Position numbers and translations under genes: made by a program. The notes under the pieces were generated by a model that ran no database searches, was not told where the DNA came from, and saw only the letters and a list, made by a program, of their open reading frames with translations. From a virus: a stretch of 64,000 nt of DNA. The DNA lies in the IMG/VR virus record IMGVR_UViG_3300013006_000018. One strand, written 5' to 3'. How positions within the stretch are numbered: position 1 is the stretch's first letter; each line of letters starts with the position of its first letter. This document shows, one piece after another, positions 1 to 11,400 of the stretch.

Positions 1-257
1 AAGATGAAATTGAAGTAGATGCTGAAACACCAGTGGAGGCAGCAACTCTTGCTGTAGAAAAGCTTGGTCAAGAGGAAGGGTTTAGTGTCGGGCTTATCAT
101 CGCTGTAACTGATACCGACATGCTAAGAAAAAATCAAAGAAAGGCAGCAAGTGAAACGATATACTTTCTTTCGTCATTCATTCTTTCTAACGCATCTATG
201 CATTCAGAAGCTAGAATTTTAGATAAAATAGCTAAGTCTTTAAGTGACACAGTATGA
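1..257 (+). CDS. hypothetical protein, 5'-truncated by the window edge
   Basis: Frame is open from the window start (DEIEVDAETPVEAATLAVEKL...); overlaps the next ORF. Confidence 0.6.
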   Translation, partial: DEIEVDAETPVEAATLAVEKLGQEEGFSVGLIIAVTDTDMLRKNQRKAASETIYFLSSFILSNASMHSEARILDKIAKSLSDTV

Positions 258-516
258 ATTTAACGTCGCTAAATATGAACTCTTTAGTGACGTTGTCAAT
301 CTAGAAGATTACGAACTAAAGTTAAGATTCCACGAAGCTAATGAATTTTTTAATTCTGGCACTGTGCCTCCTTGGGCTTATGTTTCTACATCGAAACTAT
401 CTTTAGCTATGCTTACGGAAGAAGAAATTTCTTGGTACGCAGTTTTAATTAGTATTGAATCTCTTGATAAATGTAAGAGCTTTGAACTGTATCCAAACTT
501 AGCTTTTCATTTCTAA
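244..516 (+). CDS. hypothetical protein
   Basis: 90-aa ORF coupled to the upstream gene and convergent with 519..3254. Confidence 0.6.
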   Translation: MTQYEFNVAKYELFSDVVNLEDYELKLRFHEANEFFNSGTVPPWAYVSTSKLSLAMLTEEEISWYAVLISIESLDKCKSFELYPNLAFHF

Positions 517-518
517 GT

Positions 519-3254
519 CTAATCTAAATACGATTTAATTTTATATAGTCCAAGAGCCGGTTTAATTATACTAACCGTGTCACGTGAATTAAGAAATACT
601 GTATTAAAGAAGGGAGTAGAGCGGAATGTGAGCCCAAAATACGATATACCGTTTATAGAGCTAGAAGCACTATCATAACTTGTAAAGTTATTATTTTCAA
701 AAACACAGTTCGAAAGCCCTGAAAACTTAAAAAGTAAGTAACAATCATTATTCTTTCCTATTTTAGGTAGAAAATTATATGAGGACCATGTACCAGAAGG
801 ATCGTAAAGAATCATATCCTTTATAGGAATAAACTCCCATGTGGTTAAAGGCGACACTTGGGTACATCTTGCTATAGTGTTGGGGTTATTATTCCAACCA
901 TTGAAGTAAGGATACGCGTTAAAATTTTCAGCTGAACTAACCATAAAAAACGAATTTACTTGTATAGAAGGAGTTAAAGACGTTTGATATTCCCCGGGTG
1001 CACCAGCAAGATTATACATTTCAAATTGTCCTGTAGCCGGGTTCTTCCACCAAATCTTGTAATTATCAATATTAAAGACGAGATTAGACCAATTATAAAG
1101 TATACCATAGACGCTATCAATTCGTTCATTCGACTGAACAGTATTATTTTTAAATGTAGCGTTCTGAAGGCCCAAGAGATTCATATAAAATTCTTTGGTT
1201 GATTTAGCATAACCTGAAAGAGAGAAGAAATTGTTTTCGACATTTATGTTTCTTCCCGAAAAAGTAAACAAGGAGGGCAGATCAAAAGCGCCCATTACTG
1301 AAGAAGCTACTCCTGTAAACGTATATGAATTATCCTTAAAACTAAAATTTTCTACATCATTAAACTCAAAAGTAGCTGGAGGCTTACTGCATCCTCCACT
1401 ATCAAACGTAGCTCCATTTTGAATAAAATTATTATTTTCAATAACATAATCTCTCACGGCTGATTTTGATCCTATAGTAAAGGGATCTTCTTTTCTTCCA
1501 ATTACTAAATTATTTGTTACTCCAATGTTATTGCGCATTCCCCCATAAACCGCATCAAGCTGTAAGCCTGATAAAAATGCATTATTAGTTACGTATATAT
1601 GAGAACCACCAAGCTCTAGTCTTGAAATTTTATTAGAAAATATATTGTTATCAATCTTAGTATTTCTTCCAAAGATTGATAGAGGTTGTATATACGAATT
1701 ATAGAAAATATTGTCGCGTACTGTAGTATTTACTGAGAGTTGGCCGCTAAACTCTTCTAGACACATTCTACCAGTTCGATTAAAGCTGCATCTTTCAACG
1801 GTAAGATTCTTAAAATTACCATAAGAACCAATATCATTACTATTTCCACCTGCACCTATTAAATTATACCCTTGTAAACCAGCATTGTTTACATCGTGCT
1901 TACCATCTCCGTAATCTGTAAACCTATATCGGAAGCCACTAAATACCGGTGACGAGGTATTCTTATCACACGAGTAGCCCCCTAAAGGTATATTTGTATA
2001 ATTATCCATTCCTGATATAGTATCTAAATTTGAATAAGTGAAAGGTATAGGGCAGAATCGTGTTAAGTAAGGATCTGAAGGGTAGCTTGCAGATAATGTA
2101 ACACATTCACCGTAGCCTGCTGTAACAGAGGTAACAGCAAGCATAAGGCATGTATTATTACTATAAAGAGCTGCACTTGTTGAGAATGTTCGAACATTGA
2201 GACCACCAAAATTTAAATTAATAAGATCTGGATTCCTATGATTGGGATCTACAACCCAATCAATAGCATATGAATAACCAATCGATTTATCTGTAAAATT
2301 CATACCATACCATCTTACTCTATTAGTTCCAGGCACCGTCTCCAATTTCATTTCCTTAGAGGCATAGGGTGCAGGCCATCTTCCCGCTGCAGGTATGCCC
2401 CCAAGCCCTGGTGTATTTTGATATGGAGGAGGAGTTAAATCTGGATTAATAAAGCAAGCACCGTCCGAGAATGTACAGTTTGTAAATAATACATTTTCAA
2501 TAAATGCAGCTGATGCTACTGGAGTAGACAGATTGTAATTTGCAAAATAAACCCCGCATTCCCCTTCAATAAACTTACATGAATCAAAGGTAATATTACC
2601 TAGGAATGAAACATTTTCTCCTTGAAAAAACCAGTGACATCCTCCTGTTTTTGACGATCTAAACTCAATGTTCTTAAAGAGCAGATCTTTAAATGTACCT
2701 TGTGTTGTAAAGCCTGGTATTATTTGCGGAAATGCAGATATTAAACCTTTTGATATCCCTCCACCTGAAATAGTATTTTCTAATGTTAATCTTCCGGAAT
2801 GTTGATACTGCGAATTAAAATTACCACTGAGGGTACCACCTTCTATAGTCAGGTTATCTGCACTTTTTAAATGATATATTTCTCCTAAATCGTGTCGAGG
2901 CCGATTTGTTGTTCTTAGAATACAATTATTTTGAATAATAGTTAAATTTTTTGCTATAATTGTAATGGGGTTATCAAAATTGTATATACCAGGAGGGAAA
3001 TATACTGTACCTCCTTGTCTACTCACCGAAGCTATGGCAGCGCTTACTGCAGCTGTACTATTTGTTATTCCTCCTGTTGGTTTTGCTCCAAAATCTAACA
3101 CATTTACAACAGGATAGATATTGTTAGAGAGGGTGGAAAGGGGAAAAGATATGGTGCTCGTAAGACCTGCATATAAGGTATATGAATCCGCTACTAGTTT
3201 ATCGTTTCTATTTAAACTATTTACTACCGGAAGATTAGATATTGTCTTGCCCAT
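519..3254 (-). CDS. tailspike/fibre-like right-handed beta-helix protein (pectate-lyase-3-like)
   Basis: VNVLDFGA..TAAVSAAI..GGTVYFPPGIY entry motif; Asn-rich beta-helix repeats; N-terminal KTISNLP..D.LV motif typical of phage fibres. Confidence 0.8.
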   Translation of the reverse strand: MGKTISNLPVVNSLNRNDKLVADSYTLYAGLTSTISFPLSTLSNNIYPVVNVLDFGAKPTGGITNSTAAVSAAIASVSRQGGTVYFPPGIYNFDNPITIIAKNLTIIQNNCILRTTNRPRHDLGEIYHLKSADNLTIEGGTLSGNFNSQYQHSGRLTLENTISGGGISKGLISAFPQIIPGFTTQGTFKDLLFKNIEFRSSKTGGCHWFFQGENVSFLGNITFDSCKFIEGECGVYFANYNLSTPVASAAFIENVLFTNCTFSDGACFINPDLTPPPYQNTPGLGGIPAAGRWPAPYASKEMKLETVPGTNRVRWYGMNFTDKSIGYSYAIDWVVDPNHRNPDLINLNFGGLNVRTFSTSAALYSNNTCLMLAVTSVTAGYGECVTLSASYPSDPYLTRFCPIPFTYSNLDTISGMDNYTNIPLGGYSCDKNTSSPVFSGFRYRFTDYGDGKHDVNNAGLQGYNLIGAGGNSNDIGSYGNFKNLTVERCSFNRTGRMCLEEFSGQLSVNTTVRDNIFYNSYIQPLSIFGRNTKIDNNIFSNKISRLELGGSHIYVTNNAFLSGLQLDAVYGGMRNNIGVTNNLVIGRKEDPFTIGSKSAVRDYVIENNNFIQNGATFDSGGCSKPPATFEFNDVENFSFKDNSYTFTGVASSVMGAFDLPSLFTFSGRNINVENNFFSLSGYAKSTKEFYMNLLGLQNATFKNNTVQSNERIDSVYGILYNWSNLVFNIDNYKIWWKNPATGQFEMYNLAGAPGEYQTSLTPSIQVNSFFMVSSAENFNAYPYFNGWNNNPNTIARCTQVSPLTTWEFIPIKDMILYDPSGTWSSYNFLPKIGKNNDCYLLFKFSGLSNCVFENNNFTSYDSASSSINGISYFGLTFRSTPFFNTVFLNSRDTVSIIKPALGLYKIKSYLD

Positions 3255-3315
3255 TGTTTACCTTAGCTTATTGACCACATTATTATTTATCCATTTTCAG
3301 TAGGTTTAAGGTTAT

Positions 3316-5451
3316 TTATTTCGTAAGACCACATAGTAAGGGCTCTCTTAGATCGTTAGAAACCATATCTAATTCTATCGATCCAGGCAGAGTAATTAAA
3401 TTGTCATATATTATAACATTCTTATAGATTGGTGTTCTTACATATACCAAGGGATCGCCAATACACAACAGCGTACCTACACCTGCAAATAAGTTACTTG
3501 AAACAGTGGTATATGCCGTATCACCTTGCAACCACGAATTGATATGATTCACTCCAAGAACACCCCAGCCCGGCTCATAAAGATGACCTACCCAAGTTAT
3601 GGGCGTATTCTCATATCGGGACCCCCCGAAAGCGCTTGGAGCGAAATATTGACAGTAATGTGAATGCTTAATAGGTCTCAAGCCGGCTTTATATTCTGTA
3701 GAATTCATAAATGCTGAAAATGTTTTGACTCCGGTATAAGAAGAGGGAAATGAACCCCAGGAAGGTACTAAGCCGGAATATGGTCCATAGGAACCTCCAC
3801 CCATTGCACCGTTAAATGATTCGAAAGTGAAGATAAAATACCAACCATCTTTCTTTTCTGGGTTGTTGAAGGTAAGCTTACCGCTGCTTCCTGGATCCAT
3901 GAAATAAGAAAGTGCAGATAACCCAGCTACTTCTTCACCATTTATATTATATTGATAGGGACCGTTAGGATATATGTACCTTCTACCATTGAATCCCCAA
4001 GTACCGAAGTAAGATATTTCTCCTCCGCTGAGATTTCCGGTATCGTGAGGCCACTTACTACTTCTATCACAAAATATTCCGGTATTAGGTCTGTTTAATG
4101 TCTGGGTAGTTCTCCCAGACCGATAGAGATAAAAATCTTTGATATTATTATACGTATTATCTGGAAGATTATAAAATGTAGAACCATATAGATTACTATC
4201 TTCTGCATATGCACATAACCTGTGGTTGTATAGATAAATACCTTCTGACTGCGCTCGAGATAATTTATCTATATAAGCTATCATATCTTCCTTATATTGT
4301 GCATTTAAGTGAAAAGGAAATATTCCAGTATCCGTCTTTAGTTTGTAAGTAAGCCCTGAAAGCCCAGATACAAGACTGGTAAGATAAGGTACTTCTGTTG
4401 CAGCGGTATCTGTAATAAGAAGAGGCATATCAATCGAGAATACTATATAGTTGGTACCGGGGTTATTATTAATATAATTAACTACTGCATTGCTGACATG
4501 CGTTTTATAATTAACTTCATTTATTAAATCATACTTTCTGCATCCTTCGTATGGTACATTTACATCAGCACCCGACTCACTTATAATAACTGTACCGCTA
4601 GAATTTCTTCTTTGAGGATATACAGGCGAGATAATGTTTAATCCTACCTTATTAACCTTAGAAAATGTAGGTCTATTATCTGTATAATAGTTGGCCACTT
4701 CAATACTCTCGGAGCTATTAATATTATAAAATACAACAACCTCTTCTCTTGCTATATCTTCATAATTTATAGTAGGAGTAACTGTGGGTGTTATGGTTGG
4801 TGTAACTGTGGTTGTAGGCGTCTGTGTCGGTGAAGGTGTTTGGGTTGGGGTATTAGAGGGCACCGGGGTAGCTGTTGTTGTAGGAGTCGCTGTTAAAGTT
4901 GTTGTGTTTGTAGGTGTAACCGTGGGTGTAGTTGTTGTTGTGGGCGTTGATGTAGCAGCTGGTGTCTTGGTAGCTGTGGGCGTTGGCGTGGAAGTACTCC
5001 CTGCTGTCTGTGTTGGCGTTGTAGTTCGTGTTGGTGTATTTGTGGGTGTTTGGGTGTTTGTTTGTGAAGGTGTTGATGTAAAAGTCGGTGTTTGAGTAGC
5101 AGTGGTGGTGGGTGTAGCCCCTATAGTTACAGATGGCGTCGGGGTAACTGTTGTTGTGGGCGTTATTGTGGATGTCAGGCTTGGTGTACATGTAGGTGTC
5201 TCTGTATTAGTGGGCGTTACAGAGGGGGTCGGTGTGATTGTTGTTGTGGGCGTTATTGTGGATGTCAAGCTTGGTGTGCATGTAGGTGTCTCTGTATTAG
5301 TGGGCGTTACAGAGGGGGTCGGGGTAACTGGTATTTGCTGATCTCTTGCATTGGCACCTCCTAAGCGAACAATATCTTCATATCGTATTGCATCTGTACG
5401 ACGCAAACGCTTTTGTCTACCGAGCTGGAAAGGATTAGTTACAACGGCCAT
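3316..5451 (-). CDS. Thr/Pro-stalk protein with TIGR03790-like domain (putative virion protein)
   Basis: N-terminal LGRQKRL..GG segment, ~185-aa T/P tract, then VVFYN..S.ES.EVANYY...RP and C-terminal GHLYEP...GDPL resembling the TIGR03790 family. Confidence 0.65.
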   Translation of the reverse strand: MAVVTNPFQLGRQKRLRRTDAIRYEDIVRLGGANARDQQIPVTPTPSVTPTNTETPTCTPSLTSTITPTTTITPTPSVTPTNTETPTCTPSLTSTITPTTTVTPTPSVTIGATPTTTATQTPTFTSTPSQTNTQTPTNTPTRTTTPTQTAGSTSTPTPTATKTPAATSTPTTTTTPTVTPTNTTTLTATPTTTATPVPSNTPTQTPSPTQTPTTTVTPTITPTVTPTINYEDIAREEVVVFYNINSSESIEVANYYTDNRPTFSKVNKVGLNIISPVYPQRRNSSGTVIISESGADVNVPYEGCRKYDLINEVNYKTHVSNAVVNYINNNPGTNYIVFSIDMPLLITDTAATEVPYLTSLVSGLSGLTYKLKTDTGIFPFHLNAQYKEDMIAYIDKLSRAQSEGIYLYNHRLCAYAEDSNLYGSTFYNLPDNTYNNIKDFYLYRSGRTTQTLNRPNTGIFCDRSSKWPHDTGNLSGGEISYFGTWGFNGRRYIYPNGPYQYNINGEEVAGLSALSYFMDPGSSGKLTFNNPEKKDGWYFIFTFESFNGAMGGGSYGPYSGLVPSWGSFPSSYTGVKTFSAFMNSTEYKAGLRPIKHSHYCQYFAPSAFGGSRYENTPITWVGHLYEPGWGVLGVNHINSWLQGDTAYTTVSSNLFAGVGTLLCIGDPLVYVRTPIYKNVIIYDNLITLPGSIELDMVSNDLREPLLCGLTK
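5138..5330. repeat. 90-bp tandem duplication (~2.1 copies) encoding [29 protein letters not shown](I/V)
   Basis: Near-identical units begin at 5138, 5228 and 5318. Confidence 0.9.
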
Positions 5452-5454
5452 ATA

Positions 5455-8400
5455 TTAATTAGGTTGTAGTAACCACCTCCCGCTCAGTGAAAGTGAAATA
5501 TTAGAAGGTTTTACAACAAGCGTACCATCATCATTAGCTAACGAATATTTATTATAGATATAATTTCTTCCCGCAGCATTCACTAAGAGGAAATCTGTAT
5601 ACTTTAAATAGTTTCTTAAATCTGTAATTGTATTTACAATAACCGGGGTAATTGGCCGGAGTACATTACCGGAAACAGTAAAGCCCAGGGTATCAACAAA
5701 ACCGTTATCTCCATATATATCCGGCGATCTCCATAGATAAGGTGTAATTGCCCGGGCACATAAACTATTTGTGAGATATAAAGTATTATCTATAAATTTT
5801 TGATTTCTTCCAAGTAATGCACCTTCTCCGTAATTTAAAGCGACTGCACCGTATTCTCTAATATTATAGTTATCAGGCCACCAAGTCGAAATAGTATTTG
5901 TTAGCGTTTCATTTTCATCTACCCAGAACCAGAATCTATTATTTTTAACGGCTCCTCCGCTTGTAGAGTAATATAAAGTCCGCCCGAATTTGTTATTTGC
6001 TATGGGTGGATTTTCACCATACACATAAAAATCATTATCAATTATATCGGCTGAGCGATACACATCCAACAAATTTGAAATATATACCCCAGCATAAAAC
6101 TTATTAGCAGAAATAAGAGAATATCCTGAATCTGTGCGTATACAAGGTCTATGGCTAATATGGTCGGGGTGGATTGAGCTGCCTGATACCGCACCAAACG
6201 CGAAAGTATTGTTGATAGCTGAAGCTCTGGAGTACATAGTACTTATATTTCGAATAAAACCGCCACTAAACCATGTTGTTGGAGAAGAGAGAGTCTTTTT
6301 AAACGGGTTTGTTGGGTCACTCGGATCATTACTACCGTACAGCTCTACCCAGTTTGCAAATTTATCAGAATCCCCCGGTATGCTTGAAACCCTAGTCATA
6401 TATACGGTAAAGGGATATGATGAACCGGTAAGGATACTATCAATCGTATAGAAGCCGCTGCTCGCTGCATTATTTCCCGGGATCGGATCAGAAGTGCGAC
6501 CTTCTGCATGCTGAACAATTTCTCCTGGCCATACTTTATTTACAGAAAGATACCTAACAAAAGTTTCTGGAGTAAAGTTTGTTTCAATCTTTACAAATAC
6601 TTGCTTACCTATCGGGGGAACCGAAAGAGGAACCGAATTTGTACTCCAACCATTACCTAAGAAAGCACCATAACTTGGAGCATTTAAATATAAACCTTCC
6701 ACTCCTACTTTAGAAATATAATTATCTTTTACTAAACAATCTCCCCCGGTATAAAATAAGAAACCATCAATGGGTAATTGATTTGCACAGTTAGGAGGCA
6801 TTGGACCAGTGTTACCTTCACAATAATTTCCTATAACTTCACTGGACTCAACTTCCCTTCCCCAATAGGTCATTTGCGACCCGCCTCTTGGATCACCGCT
6901 ATCACTTCCAAAAGGATGTAATAATGTATTATAATTAAATTCTAATTTCTTAATTCCCTTAAGTATATAATCTCTGTTAACAGTTAGGACTCTATGACAA
7001 TTATCAAACGTACAGCCTGTAATACTTATTAATTGAGTATTCAGATCTTTTAAAGGTGGTGGAACATAAGGATAATTTGAAGAAACCGTTATTCCCTCTC
7101 TTGTAGAAGCAAGAACACCGTAGGTTTCACTATAGTTGGGATCTCTTCTTATTATCTGAAGGTCGTGAATCTTGACACTATTAACCTGTTCACATATATT
7201 AATAACAGTAGAATGACCTACATTATTTCCTCCAAAAGGTGTGAACGTACACAATACAGTCATCTCTGAACCCATGCCCTGTAGGGTTAAGTTTATTCTT
7301 GTATCTTCATTATAGCCTTTATTAGATGGATACCATCCGACAGCGAGTAAGGTCCTTAGATACCTATAAACATTACCCCCAGAACCGGTGCCATTTCCAA
7401 TTCTAGTATTATTATAAGAAGATAGATTATATGTCTTAGCGGAAAGTTTTAAATTTACCGGTCCGTAATCAGAGCAATAATCAATAGCTTTCTGTATTGC
7501 AGAAGCATCATTAAAGTCAGCTCTATTACCTTTAGCACCCCACATTTCTACATTAGCGTAACCATTAAATTGTCTGATCCATCTTCCCGAGCTTCCAACA
7601 CTGATAGAAGTCGGTCTAATAATAGCGCCGCTGTCATCGACTGCCGTTGATGTTCTATCAAAGACGAACCAACCTTCACCGCCGTCATTAGGACTATAGT
7701 AACCATTAAGATATGCACTTAAAATGTAGGTTGCAATTCTTGTTGAATAAGAATCAGGGTAACCACCTGCATACCAGCTGATAGCACGCAGGGTGGTTAA
7801 TGCATCTACGTTAGTATATTTTATTATATTGTTTCTTTGTGTCTGCAGAGGGAAGCAATAATTCTTAGGAACAACACAATGTGCTGATTCTGCATTAGAT
7901 CCCATCTGAGAATACAAAGGTAATACAATGTATGCACTCAAGGGGATGTTGATGCTAAACACATTGTTCAGTATGCGCTGATTATATCCAATACCAAATG
8001 CATTGAATATTACTCCGGTATAATATGGTGTGGTGGCAGATGGGTATCCAATATTATTAAAAACTAAACCACCACTCACCACACCACCATCCCAGAAGGT
8101 GAATACATTGTTTGAAACATTGTCTCCATTTCCGTCTATTTGTATTGATGAGTTGTTGTATGGCTTTTCAGCTGCATATGCAGGAGTCCAACGAGTTTGG
8201 ACATCCTGTATTATAAATTTATTATTCTGAATATCACAGGAGGTGTAATTACTAAATTCATTATTGGATACATAAGCGGTACCTACTCTATCAAACGTAT
8301 TATTCTTAATAGTAGCTCGCCCATTAAGCAGTCGTATGGCCGGCTGATGAAATGCAAAAGAGCTTACTCCACCATAATTAGTATTGGCAAATGTCTCCGG

Positions 8401-11400
8401 TATATGTATATCCCCTCCAATAAATTTACAGTCTATTACGGAAACTGTTACATTATTGGTACGATCACAATTTGCTTTGACTAAACTATAACTACCGCTA
8501 TATGATTGACCCGCTGAAAGAGTAATCATATCTTTGTTTAAATAACCTACCGGATCATCTATGTCTGTACCGGACACCCGAGTACATGTTATTTGATAAT
8601 CACGTAGATTTAAGTTAGGATTTGGATAGGAAACATCTGTGATTGTATTGATTCTATAGAATCCTAAGCCTACAGGGGTAGCAAAAGCTGACTGTTTCTC
8701 TGGTACTATAATGTCATTCACATGGTACTCATTCAAGAAATACGAAGAGGCGACAGGATAAACACTAAATGTGAGAGAACCGCCAACCACTGGTTTAACA
8801 AGCGGTGTGGTGGCAGAACCGAAATGTACGGTAGGTGACCAACCCACATACAAGGTTTCCACCCATGTATTTGTTCCTGTGCAATTTGAGAATAGAGAAT
8901 TTTTGCCTGAATAGTTACTAAAACCATCTTTAGGTAAGTAGTTAGGGGAATTGACTGGATGCGTAGAGGGCGCTCCTTCCCAATAACAATCTACATACTC
9001 AGCATTCTCTACTTCACTACCAATGTTAAACATGGGTGCTCCGCCGCCCGTAAAGTACGTATTACTACCATTAGGATAATAGAAATTACAGCTCTTCACA
9101 CTGAATTGACGCACACCATATGGTCTCCAGGATCTGATAATTTGAAAAGCGCTATGTCCATCTATAAAATTAACACCTGTGAATTGTATCATTTCTGTGC
9201 GCATGTCATCACCAGAATGGGTACCATACGGTCCTCTGTTACCACCACCCCAATTTGTAGTTGCATTGATAATGTTATTCCTATTGAAATGGTAGCCCGC
9301 GACAGCAGACAATTGTCTCTCTAGAGTCATATCATAAATCTTAAATGCACTTACCTTTTCATGTAAAGTGATCATACTTGTTTGATAATTATAACCTGTT
9401 ACACCTCTCCATTGATTCACGCCATTTGTACCTGATAAAGCTATAAGTCTTGTTAAACCAGCACCCGCTCCCTTCAAGGTTAACTTCACATGATTACTGC
9501 ATAGTTGAGGCGGTGGGCTAAATGCTGATGGTCCCGCCCAGATATCACTTGGTATTGCTCCAGCGCCTACATATAGGAATGTGATAGGATAATACACATT
9601 AGGTTCGCCGCCGATTCTGTAGCTAACAGAACTGAGGGTATATGTTTTTGCGCTAAAAACAATTGTTTCTATATTATTAGTTGCGCAATAATTAATGGCT
9701 GCCTGAATGGCAGGGGTATCATCATGCACACCGTTACCCATGGCACCAAACAACTCTGGTGTTATTGCGGTACCAGATAGGACCCATCGACCGGCATTAC
9801 TACTATTTATCCTATTCGGCTTTATATAACTACTACCATCATCTGCAACAGTTGCAACAGCATTGAAACTATAAGTGCCGATACCTGTAACAGTGATTTG
9901 TACATGACTAGCAGACAGTGTGGTTTGTTCGGTGCCGTCTGGTGTAGATCTTTTACCTACTAGTAGAGGTGTATATACATTACGCAAAGTAGCTATACTA
10001 TCTACCGCATTAAGATATACAGAATTATTGGTTACTGTATTGGTTCCTGGTCGACCTTCTTGCTGATCTTGATATATACCTGCATACAGAGTTGCAGATA
10101 ATGCATTAGTTATATATGTGTTATTATTGTATACTTTTGCATACTGATTCCTTGTACCATACCCCCCTACAGCAGAATAATAAACCGGAGTGTATCCAGC
10201 CGCAGGATTATATGGTGTCAGATTAGCGTCACCATCGCAGTTAATATATATTTGGGGATAGCTGTTATTTACAGTATTGGTAGTGTTCCCTTGATCATCG
10301 ACCCATAAGTTAAAGTTGTTATTGTATACTTCGTACCCGCTGTTTGCAATCGCCAGTGACTGTGTCTGGTATGTATATACAGGTGATGTACTACCAATCG
10401 AGCTAAGAGGTCTTACAGGTACTTGATTGTAAATATAAAAGTCATTATCACGAATGATATCTTTCTTATAAGGATCTGAAGGATTTTGTGTATGTAAAAT
10501 AACAGTAGACGATCCATAAAATTTATTACCTTGTATTATACTATTACCATTGTCAGCTCTGATAGCAGGATTATGCGCTAACTCAATAAGACGTGGTAAG
10601 TTTACACCAGACAAACAGTAACTAGGTAGAAAATGATTATCTTTCACAGTATGTGTTGTACCGAATAATAAGGTAGGAGCAAATAAGTTTATGAATGATG
10701 TCTGTTGTGTGGTACCTACAGCATAGGTCTCTTGGTTGGCCCATGCACTGCTCTCATAGATACCGCTCAACCGAGTTACATTCATAGAACCTGGTATTGT
10801 TGTAAGATTTACACTGTTAATTCTATATGTACCAATACTCCATCTTCTCCCGCCATTATCTGGACCCTGTATAGTCACGTATTTACCCGGTGTACACCAG
10901 TAATTTGTGGCCATTCTCCATGTGGCATCGCTCCAGTTACTATAATTAAGAGGAGGGAATTGTACGTTCAGCGTGGCACCAACAGCAGGTACCTTTACAG
11001 CACTACCATAATAACTCAGAGTTTTATCACTACCCAAGTACATGGACTCTACGCTGAATCTTGTGCATGTATTACCCTGTACATATGTATTATTAGGAGA
11101 GGAGAATATAAACCCATCTTTAGGTAAACCGCTTGTAGAGGAAACAGGTATTACGGAGGTACCCTCTGCAAAGTTGTTTATAACCGATAATGTTTGTACT
11201 TGTGACCCTTGAGAGAATGTAAGAATTGTACCCCCAGCATTACCCGGGCTCATGTTATCCGCCCCGGTATCACCGCCCCGGGGATAATAGAATTTGTTAT
11301 CCTTTATAATAACCGCCTCGGGACCTCCTTGCTCTACCAATGTATAAGCGGCTCCCATGACTGCGCTGTGACAGTTAATAAATATGTTATCTGAAACTTC

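Noticed and set aside
4784-5341. Val/Gly-rich ORFs antisense to T/P tracts (also 14036, 20862, 21180, 21780, 22338, 34145, 34759)
   Set aside because: Shadow frames: ACN/CCN codon repeats lack stops on the reverse strand; no promoter or start context.
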